This document shows, piece after piece, positions 1-11,100 of a DNA stretch of 64,000 nt. Numbering within the stretch: the first letter of the stretch is position 1; each line of letters opens with the position of its first letter. The stretch covers positions 7,068,001 through 7,132,000 of the forward strand of contig CM035351.1 in assembly GCA_020137815.1 (NCBI GenBank), in the 5' to 3' direction. The position numbers and the translations under genes are program-made. The DNA comes from Hormiphora californensis (taxonomy: Eukaryota; Animalia; Ctenophora). A model generated the notes under the pieces. It worked only from the letters and a program-made list of their open reading frames with translations. It had not been told where the DNA came from and made no database searches.

Positions 1-2493
1 AGATGCCTCCCTCTACCTGTGCTCATTTTGCTTGGCCCTCGGAGTTGGACTTTCCATCTTCTTTTACTTTGCCTTTGCTGATATTGAGGCTGCCCCTATA
101 AAAAAGAAACGGAAAGGAATACATGTGATTAAAAATATCAGGGAACAGTTCTCTACTTTAATGGTGAGATCAGAGCATCATGACACTGAGAGTTATAGTG
201 GGTTTAGGATGCTGATCGTGAGATTCTCACGAGCTGATCCCACTATTGAGTCACATTGTGTTGGGCACGTGTTGCGAGCCCGAAGGGCGATCCCCTCACA
301 CAAGGGGCTCCTACGGGGCAGGCAAGACATTGTGTCCGCACGAACAATTCAAACCCACCACTGGAAATGCTGTGGATGTGAGCCGATCTTAGCTTATCAA
401 AATGGGGGGTGGCACCGAATAGATTGTGAAGGCATGCACATTTCCATTACATTATCACATTCGTCATTCACACTATAGCATTTCCATACTGATACAATTA
501 CAACTTCTGAACTCTTTTAACATTGTACTGAACTCTTTTAACATTGTAACAGGGGTGCGAGGTAAAGGAGATTGTTTTCTGCGGACTGGCCGCATCTATG
601 ACGATAAGTAATGGCTACATATCCTTATATTTGCTTAGTAAGTACTCATAAGAGTTTGTTGGGCATTATATAAGACGTTGCTCAACACGTTGGTGATCAC
701 GTTTCGAATAGCATGAGTTTGGCAAAAGATTTAATAACCCCCTTCCCCTACTACAGGCAGCGGAATGAACGAAGTAACGGTAACATACACTCATGCACTA
801 TCAAAAGCAACCCTTGTATTCGCGGCAATCGGTAATCTACTAAAGTATAGGTACGCGTATATAATGTCACGTAGCTATCTAAATAGTCTAGTAATTATAG
901 TAATTAGTTAATTAGGCCTAACAGTATCCCACACAGTGTTTTATAGGGGGTTCGAAATTAAGTCAAAAACTACTGCCGCTGTACCCTAAAGGAAGACTCA
1001 ACCGACAATAGCCCTCACTTATGAAATTTCCCACGGTGCTACACCTCCTGATGAGAATAGAGACTTGAAATTTTCAGGTTAGGAAGAACTCGATATGATC
1101 TATATAGCCTGCAAATTTCAAGTCTATATCCGGCTCTATCTCATAATGCTATGCAGTCTGTCCATTCGGCCCCTTAAGCGCCTTGGACCTTCTGTGTGAG
1201 AGCTGACAGACAAGGAACATGTGAACTCATCAGAGGGTGGAGCAATGACCACAGGAAATTTCACAAAACCCAAGTGAGGGCTATTGTTGCCTGGGTTTTC
1301 CTTAAAGTACTGGTACAGTTAACCCATACTAATTGGCACAGATCCTAATTAGTACCATATTATTACGTACAGATGGAATTGGGAGAAGCTCTTTTTGAAT
1401 ATGATAGTGGTAGCTTTCTTTATCAGTCTTGGAACCTCACTCTTCCTAAGCGGTGAGTGCAGTTATTACATGGATAGACCGTATACCAATTTCGTATTTT
1501 AATTTATAAATTCAACTAATCAGTATGATTATCAGATTTTTACTTCCCCTGTTAAAACATAGGTTCATGGTTGGTAACCGTTGGACTGCCATGGTTCCAC
1601 GGGGAGCCTGACGCCCCAGATCTCAACACAATGCCCCTCTGGCTAATCCTATACTTTGTATGGAATGGGTTGACTACTTGGGTGCACCATTTATCTGATA
1701 TGATGAAAAATGAGTATATGCAGGTAATGTATATTATGTGTATTAATTGTAAATTAAAAGGGCTGTTTCACAAACCCCACCCGAGCTGAAAATCGAAACG
1801 GGGATAGAATGGGGTGGATATGTGATGTAAAAGTAAATAGTTTCAGCTGTTTTACATCATGGCGCCTCATGATACGAAGCTAGTCGACTAGCCTCAATAT
1901 TATACACATCCGCCAATTTCCCTCTCTCGTGGTAATTTACTGTCAGAGCATATTGGCCTGACCCATTCTCGCGAGCGCGCGAGAACTGTGGTCAGAGCAT
2001 TGGCCTGACAGGTAATTTACAAATGTATTTACCCCATAAATCGTGATATACACTCAGACCCCGAGTGAACGCACCCTCGGGGGAAAGGGCTTTTCCCGTT
2101 AAATCGGGGTCCGACTGTATATCACAATTGATGGGGTAAACACATTTCTAAATTAGCACGATTTAACTTAAATCGGGGTGCCGTTAAATAGGAGGCCGTT
2201 ATATACTATTCCGGCAGGTTAAAATAAAACCAGTTGAAAGAGGAGCGGTAACAGGGATCATGATGTTAATCAACACCCTCCTGCACATGGTACTCAGTCT
2301 CATCAACTTTATGTTACCCTCCACCAAGCTAATCTACATTACTAATTTTGGTATGAGTGTGGTAGTCCATGTGTTGTTAGTGGTGGTGATAGTACGTTAT
2401 CGGAAGAAGCAACTCAACCAGATGTATATTGATGATGCAATGAAGGGAATCGTTAATGTTGTGTATGAGAAGGTCCCCATGTTAGAGGAATGA
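1..2493 (+). CDS. Divergent ferroportin (SLC40A1)-like MFS transporter, 3' part (5' end outside window)
   Basis: Phase-compatible GT-AG exons <1-163, 553-637, 757-850, 1373-1452, 1563-1723, 2218-2493 give a multi-TM protein. The segment ...HLSDMMKNEYMQVKIKPVERGAVTGIMMLINTLLHMVLSLINFMLP... parallels the ferroportin C-terminal motif D..Q..Q..V...ERG.I.G....N.L. Family assigned by eye. Confidence 0.65.
985..1310. mobile_element. Degenerate MITE-like inverted-repeat element in an intron
   Basis: caatagccctcactt (about 1007) pairs with aagtgagggctattg (about 1272); an inner inverted pair agacttgaaattttcagg / cctgcaaatttcaagtct is also present. Confidence 0.5.
2051..2117. mobile_element. Short pogo/Tc1-type MITE (CAGTCGGACCCCGATTTA family), degenerate
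   Basis: Right end taaatcggggtccgactg|TA, degenerate left end TA|cactcagaccccga. It sits inside a further inverted repeat of about 37 bp (2014-2050 / 2118-2154). Confidence 0.6.
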
Positions 2494-2848
2494 ACTTAAT
2501 GTACGTGATGTGATCAAATTGAAATTAAATGCGGTGTGTAATAGGCAATTAATAATTAACATTGACCATATTCCCTTGTCAGAACATTAACACTGAAAAA
2601 TGTGATCTTTCTTAAAAAAACCCATCCCTAAACTGGTTAAAATTCTACACACGATCTAACCTGATCTAGTGGTGTGAGGAATATCGCTTGATTCATGACT
2701 TCTGTGTGTGTTCCCACTCGCACCCTTCCCCCTTACTCAACAAACTCGCACACTCTGATTCTGAATAGAGAAGTACCTGAAGGACGGATCGTGGGTTAGC
2801 CTTTATAATGTTCCTGTCCATAAACAAAGTTAACAGTTTTAGTAATCA

Positions 2849-3272
2849 AATTAGTCCAAAAACCAATTAAATAACTTAGTTTGGATGCCCGGGCCCATTT
2901 GGTGTCACGGGGGTAAAACCTTTAGGCTACTGTCATAAATAATGGCATATCTCGTTTATTTTTCAATACACATCTCTCGTTTTTCTTTTCTCTTTCTCTC
3001 CCTCCCTCTATCTCTTTCCCCCTCTTTTCCTCTTTCTCCCACTCTCCACCTCCATATTTCCCTCTTTCTCTTTTTTTTCTCTCTTTTATTTATATTTCTC
3101 TTACTATTTCTCCGTCTTTCTCGATATATCTCACTCTTTATATCACAATTTGTTTTTCTTTATCTCTCTCGATATTCATCATTTATGACAGTAGCCTAAA
3201 GGTTTTACCCCCGTGACACCAAATGGGCCCGGGCATCCAAACTAATTTATTTAATTGGTTTTTGGACTAAAT
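2849..3272. repeat. Inverted repeat (about 95-bp arms) around a CT-rich spacer
   Basis: ttagtccaaaaaccaattaaataa...ggctactgtcataaat (2851-2940) is matched in reverse complement at about 3180-3270. Confidence 0.85.
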
Positions 3273-3329
3273 TTCTGTTCTTTTTGGTGTAAAAAAGAGA
3301 CAACTTTTTTCCTGATTTTATTTTGGGAT

Positions 3330-3960
3330 CTGAATGCTACATAAATATGCATATAACGGCTAAACGGTGGGAGTTACGAACTTTTGTCTGGGGGAAGACC
3401 CCCATAAATCGACTATTTTGAGTCGGAATATAATACCCAAGAAAACGTTTTAGGGTCAGCCGAAGTGGAAATTTTAAAGGGTATGCATAAAATCATGAAT
3501 TTGAGCATAAATATGCAAATAACGGCTAAACGGTGCGAGATACGAATTTTTGTTCGGGGGACGACCCCCCACAAATCGAATATTTTGAGTCTGAATATAC
3601 TCACGAAAACGTTCTAGGGTCAGCCGAAGTGGAAATTTTAAAGAATATGCATAAATTTGTGCATAAATATGCAAATAACGGCTAAACGGTGCGAGATACG
3701 AATTTTTGTCGGGGGGACGACCCCCCATAAATCGACTATTTTGAGTCGGAATATACCCAAGAAAACGTTCTAGGGTCAGCCGAAGTGGACATTTTAACGG
3801 GTATGCATAAAATCATGAATTTGAGCATAAATATGCAAATAACGGCTAAACGGTGCGAGATACGAATTTTTGTCCGGGGGACGACCCCCCATAAATTGAC
3901 TATTTTGAGTCGGAATATACCCATGAAAACGTTTTAGGACGAGCCGAAGTGGAGATATAA
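3330..3960. repeat. Tandem repeat, about 4 copies of a 156-167 bp unit (probably internal to a Helitron/MITE-type element extending to about 4460)
   Basis: The unit gactattttgagtcggaatata...gggtcagccgaagtgg...ataacggctaaacggtgcgagatacgaatttttg recurs at about 3411, 3578, 3734 and 3898. Confidence 0.85.
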
Positions 3961-5174
3961 CGCAATTAAGTTATTAAAATGAATAATTAATGAATAATTA
4001 ATGAATAATTAATGAACTATGGCGATTTCGAAGTTTTCACATAGCCTATACCACGCCAAATAATGCAAGGAACCAATGTTCCAAACGGCAAGTCTCTACT
4101 ATTTCTGGTTTAGGAGAACACTCAATCTCCTCCCCTCCCCTCCCGTCCCCTCCCTTACATTTTTGCATTTTGGGACCCCTCTGGCAAATTTTTACCTTAC
4201 ATCCGATCATTCTGAAATTTTGTATGCCTCTTCTCCTATATGAGGGCCCTCAGAGTACAAAATTTCATCCCTCTACTTCATCTGGAACATGCATTTTTAA
4301 AGCATCAAAAACCCCGAAATTTGCAATGGTATATAGTAGCACTGGCAGGTTAATGCGCTTGTGTGTAGAAGTATTCCGTGTGCTCTCTCTTTTATTTTTT
4401 GAGTTAGAGGGTATTTCTAAGGTGGGGGCTCTGCCCCCACACCCCCGTTTAGGGGTATGAATATAGTACGACTCAATTAGTAGATCCATGTGTTGAGTCT
4501 TATAACCAGACGTGACCCTCGTCCCATGAACAATTGTGCAGATATAAGTACTGCTAATCTGGTGTGTTGTTTCTCGATCTGACAGGGCATATGTTAGGCA
4601 AGTACTACACCAAGGTGCGGGGGAGGGGTTAGCATCTCGGTTCAGGAAACACGCTTCATATCAGAAAATGAAGTGATATTGGAATAGTAAAGAGAAAGAG
4701 GATGGAGAACTGAACCGAGATCCTATAATGAGGTACTCAAAAGCGAAAGGCTGTAATTTAAAATCCTTAGAAAGTAGAGAGAGAGGTTGATATGTACAAA
4801 GATAAAACAAATAAATTAGTTAAAGCTACGCGTTCAGCTATAATTTCCCTCTCAGACTTGTTAACGGCTATATAGTATAGCTCACGTCCAATTTCACTTT
4901 ACACACACAGAACACAAACATATATACCCACACTCAAATGTCAAACTGACAGCCCTATAGATTCAGAATATTGATAGAAAAAGAAGAAGCAAGGGATAGA
5001 AAATAAGAAAAAGAAGAGGAGAAACCGAGAAAAATAAAGAGAGATAACACAGAGCCTGCTGCGATCCCAATTAGCTGCAAAACACCACGCATTGTCCAAT
5101 AATATAATTGTCATATATCATATCCGCGTGGATGGGGTCCGATTCTGAATTAATACACACATTGGTCATCATCA

Positions 5175-8100
5175 TCATATGGATAGGGCGAGATAGGAGA
5201 ACATTTGGCGGCAATGCTGCTCTGAAAGTGTAGGGGGCACATCGTCCGGCTGGATACGAGTTGATTGTACCTGAGGGGATGGAGGAGGTTAGTAGCCGTG
5301 GGAGGAGGTGGGAGAGGGGGGGGGGGGACTTGTGAGGGATATTATAGGTAAGAGATGTTGGAGAGGGGGATCTGTTGTTAAATAATCAATCATGGGCTAT
5401 AATAGCGGCACATTGAATGCTTGTATTCTACCAGTTACACCCCTCTCTCTCTTTGACTAATGAGGTACAGCGCACGACTAGCTTGACTGCATGTAGAATT
5501 GAGACCCAGGCCCACATATAAACCCCTCAATAACCCCTCACTCTCTTGAAGGCAAACAGAGACAATTGATCAGTATTCGGGGCCTAGCGAGCCCCCACCC
5601 GAATATAGACCAGACTCAACCCACCCTCTAAAAGAACTGGGCCGAGCCGACAGTCCCTCAATACCAGATATACCCCATCAAACCATAGATATTTTTGGTC
5701 GAGATAAGGGGGGGGTGCAGCCCCAAAAAAATTCAAACTTTTTCCGAAACCCAGGGTATGGTTGGTTTTTTTTGGTTTTTTTTTGGTTGAAATTTCTTTG
5801 ATTTTTTTTGGTCGTTTTTGATTTTTTTTGGTCGTTTTTGATTTTTTTTGGTCGTTTTTGATTTTTTTTTATCTTTTTTGATTTTTTTTGATCGTTTTTG
5901 ATTTTTTTTTGAATTTTTTTGAATTTTTTTGATCGTTTTTGAATTTTTTTGATCGTTTTTGATTTTTTTTAATTGTTTAATGTTGAACAAAAAAGTTCAA
6001 AAAAAATCAAAAACGATCAAATAAAATCAAAAACGATCAAAAAAATTCAAAAAAGATCAAAAAAGATCAAAAAAAAACAAAAACGATCAAAAAAATTCAA
6101 CAAAAAAAATCAAAAACGATCAAAAAAAATCAAAAAAGATCAAAAAAAATCAAAAACGACCAAAAAAAATCAAAAAAGATCAAAAAAGATCAAAAAAAAC
6201 TAAAAAAGATCAAAAAAAATCAAAAAAGATCAAAAAAAATCAAAAACGACCAAAAAAAATCAAAAAAGATCAAAAAAAATCAAAAATGACCAAAAAAAAT
6301 CAACACTTTTGAAAATCCAGGGTATGGTTGGTTTTTTTTTGGGCTGCACCCCCCCCCCAGATAATACTCAGAATTTCCGGACTTGGTTCAACTATGATTA
6401 TATATTGGGCAGAGTGAGCTGGAATTAGTTGCAATGTACACACATGCAGGAATGATCAGTCGACATCTATAAATCACTGATTACACGAAACATACACACA
6501 TACAATTAACTAAAGGGCTTATTGGATATAACTGATTATAAATATATCCCAACACACACATGAAACACACGGATCATTCAGCTGGTCAACGAACCAATTT
6601 TCGAATAAGATCATCCTCAGTAGAGTTGGTAGCGGGCTCAGGGAACTGCAGTGTTTCCAACTCAAATAGCAGGTGGCCACTCTATTAGAGGTAGCATGAG
6701 CATTCACACACATACATTACACACACAAATCAGGAACAGTTAGTTTTGGCATGGTAGCGATATATGTAATTTAGCCCGAGATAGAGGAGATTTTCACTTT
6801 GTTGTTTCTATCGCCAACAAAACCACGTTTCTATAGCAACAGAGCCTTACCGTGGGAAGTTTAGAGAGGGCCACAGCGTATTGTTCGGAAAAGTCCAACG
6901 GAGAGAAAGCGTTCTTGTAGCAGCACCCTAAACTCAGTAGTTCCCTGTATATGTTCATTTGGGCTGGGTTCCTGTTGGCAGTCAGCAACCTGATAGCTTC
7001 ACTTATCTGAGGGGAAGGGGGAATTTCATATTATATTGGTTTGAACCTTTTCGGTCCAGTTTGGGTCCTGTAAAGTTCAGTTTACCCCCCAGTATAACAC
7101 CCCTGAACACACACCCCCAGTATAACACCCCTGAACACTCTACCAGCACACCCCTGAACACACACCCCCAGTATAACACCCCTGAACACACACACCCCCA
7201 GTATAACACCCCTGAACACACACCCCCAGTATAACACGCCTGAACACACACCCCCAGTATAACACCCCCTGAACACTCTACCAGCACACCCCTGAACACA
7301 CACCCCCAGTATAACACCCCTGAACACACACCCCCAGTATAACACCCCTGAACACACACCCCCAGTATAACACCCCTGAACACTCTACCAGCACACCCCT
7401 GAACACACCCGCACACCTATAACACCCCTGAACACACACCCCCAGTATAACACCCCTGAACACACACCCCCAGTATAACACCCCTGAACACTCTACCAGC
7501 AAACCCCTGAACACACACCCCCAGTATAACACCCCTGAACACTCTACCAGCACACCCCTGAACACACACCCCCAGTATAACACCCCTGAACACACACCCC
7601 CAGTATAACACCCCTGAACACACACCCCCAGTATAACACCCCTGAACACTTACATCGTCCTGCATGTAGCTCTCAATGATTCTCCATTGCTTCAAGTGAG
7701 ATGCAGGGGCGGGAGGGTTAACACTGGTCCTAGAAAGTTCCTCAAACTTGTTATAAAGGGATCCCTCGGTTCTACACCATAGTGTTGATATCTCCACACT
7801 CTGACACAACTATAGGAAGACAGAAAAAGTTTAGACAAGGTTTAGACTGCACCGAATTTATATATCTCGGCCACCAAACAAGTATTCCACGCATTAGTTC
7901 TATAGTTTCTCCTTTACCCCTGGCTCCCTACCTTTTTGTTAGGGTGGAGTTTCCTGAAGGCGTGTGGTATGTAGAGGGGTAGGGACGAGGGCAGATTCTC
8001 TCTACTGAACCACCAAACCATGTTCCAGAACAGGATGGAGTGAGAGGTAGCTAGGTCATCCTTAGCCAGTTCAGTGGGTCCATCGTTCTGACAAACACAC

Positions 8101-11100
8101 TCAACCTGAAACGAATAATAATTGTTAGTTAGCTGTTAGACACGGAATTAGAGTCACCGTCTTGACTTGGTAACGATGTCACCCCTACCTTGCCGGCGCT
8201 AAGCGCGCCCTACGGAGGGGTTATTTCGTAACCAATCGACTGATGTGTAATAAAAAGGGACTAAAGAAATCAAACAGATTGCAGCAGTACCTCTTTCCGC
8301 AGTACAATAGGGCACAAGTAGGGTATCTCAAATGTTTCCACTCGCACATCACTAGCCGTTGCACCATGTTTAGTGGCAGGTCGAGGGTTCATAGAAGCAA
8401 TGATTGATCCACTACGATTCTTCCTCTCTCGTCGTATCTGGTCTGGCATAGCAAATGCTATATTTCCTGGAACAAATGTAAAAGGGTATTATACATTTGA
8501 AACCTGCTAAAACAATCTAAAACCTGCCAAAAACCATATATCCAAAACAACTGTTATTTTACCTGATTGAGAGTTGATTGAGGTAGTAGCTAGAAGATCC
8601 TCCTCCTCTTCCTCCCCCTCTAACGATATGTGAATATTACTAATATCAACTGGGATAGCTTTACTAATACTGCTCTCCCTATGGGGCCTATTCTGGGGTA
8701 GATTGTCATTATCACTGCTGACCGTACTGTTCCTCACATACGTCACCTCCACAGTGAGATGTGCTACAGAGCTCCTCTCACAGTAGGGGCACGTGCTACT
8801 CAGGTTGCTCTCCTCTGGGGACATTCCAGCCAGGATCTGTTCATCATAAACCGTTCTATCACAGTTACTGCACTTGTAAGCGCTCCACATGCGGACCTTT
8901 AGTTCGGCACCCTGATCCACATCATCCACCCCCCATTCGTTGGGTGTCAGGGTGAACTTGATGGGCCGGGGGTTCTCAAATGGACGGATGTAAAACTCGC
9001 CCGGATCCTCTCCCTCATTATCCAAACTCTGGACGCTGTAGGTTGAGCTACTCTGAGTTATCCCCGCTTTAAGTCTCCTAAAACTGTTCGTGTTGACCCG
9101 TGTCAGACCTCTCCTATCATGAACCTGCCTCCCAATGATGGAGTGTCGGGTTAGCCGGGGAGATCTTAACCGTGATAGAGTCTTACTGCCCGCATCGTCC
9201 GATAACTGTCTCTCGTGGTCCCCTGGCCGCACTGATAACATTGACACATCTGATACTGAGCGGGTGTGACCCCGTCTGATGGGCTGAACGGGGGGTCTAC
9301 TTGAACAGGGTCGCTTCTTCTTATCAAGAGAGTTAGTTTTCAATCCTGACAGGGCTGTGTCAAGTTCAATACCCGAATCAGACATACCAATACCACCCCT
9401 TCCACCCCCTGGATCAACTGGGGAATCACCGTTCCGTGTGGACTGAATACTCTCCAGTGAGCTGCTATTCACTATCGTAACAGGACTCTTCTTGCTCCTA
9501 CACACCCTCCTAAACACACTACACGTATTCACATAGAGTCTTAACACCCTCCATCCTGTAGGTCTGTTAGCTGCTGCAGCTGCCTGTTTAACCTGATCCT
9601 CGTTAAACAACACAGCCCGGTGGTAGTGCCCGTAGGTGACTGCTGAGATGGACACCTTGCTCTCCTGCATGTGTTGGAATGTGGACATGGCGATGGTGGG
9701 GTACTCGTAGAAACCAGAGAGGGAGATGAGGATTCTATAACACACCTGGAGAGAGAGAGGGAGGGGGGTTGAAATTGGTGACCTACAACTATGGCTCATG
9801 CAACTATGGCTCATAAAATCTATGAGCCATAGATGCATGCAACTATGGCTCATAGATTTTATGAGCCATAGATGCATACAACTATGGCTCATAGAAATGT
9901 GATCTGATTAGGTTCTATGAGCCAAAGCTAGTGAGAGTGAGAGGGACGTGAGTGACACGTGAGTGACACGTGAGTGACACGTGAGTGACACGTGAGTGAC
10001 ATGTGAGTGACACGTGAGTTTTCGAATCATGTAATATTAAATGAGCACAAATGCAAACGATTTACATAATGATAAATCTAATATTACATAATTAAAATTA
10101 CACTATCAGTTCATCTTGATTATAATGGTAAAAGGGGTCCTTCTTTGGACAGTTCATAGAGCATTTCACGTGAATCAGCAGCTCCTTAACACGATGTTTA
10201 TTCAAATCTATGATCGGATAGGTACTAAACAGCCGCCTTGCATTATCACTATCAGGATCCACAGTAAAAAACTCTCCAACAGGTCTGATTTTCGAGAAAG
10301 TAGTATAGGTAGGATGTTCCCAGAAATTGCCTGGCTAAAGTTTCTGATCTTTCACACTCTTCCAAAACCTCCCGGTACTCGTTGAACGTTGTAGTGTTGT
10401 TCGTGACGTCAATAACAATTATAGCTAGTGAATCTACTAACAAATTCTAATGAGCGGGATGGATATGTGACAGTGTCACATATCCACCCCCCTCACTGAC
10501 ACGATTCTGGGATGCGCCATTAGCAGAGTGAAACGATACGAGATACGAAACTTATGATTCGGGGGAGCTCATTAGCAGTGTGTGACGATAGGTATATGGA
10601 ACATGATTCGGGGAAGCTTATTAGGAGTGTTAGACGATATGAGAAATTAAACGATTCGGAGAATGTTTTATCGCTCTTTCTATCTATCTCTATCTCTTTT
10701 TGTCAATTATCTTGGACTTGAGAACCAGATGAGGTGCCTACCATTATACTATAATGCGAGCTGACGCTACACACTTGGTGAGTTTAGTGCCCTTATTTTT
10801 GGTAATATAAGAGCCTATCGGCTCGCCTCATTGTTTTTAGGAGGATATGTTGTTTTAGAGGGAATGCGTTCGGTTTTTTTTCGAGTCTTGCCAAACAGAC
10901 CAAATTCAAACCATTCCATCTAAAACAACAACATATCCCCCTAAAAACAACGGGGCTGAGCCGACATCCAGATAAAAAAGGAAAAGGAGTATGGACAACA
11001 AGAATAACTGCATTATGTTTCATAATGCTATGTTTCCCCGCCAACCTTTCATAATGTGAAGGCGGGACAGACATTTCCGATCATTTAATGAATCACTCAA

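Noticed and set aside
5733-6203. Lys-rich ORFs on both strands
   Set aside because: They are translations of the A-tract arrays of a non-coding element.
7003-7649. Cys/Gly/Val-rich repetitive ORFs; superficially CRISPR-like array
   Set aside because: This is an intronic minisatellite with no unique spacers and no cas genes, in a eukaryotic context.
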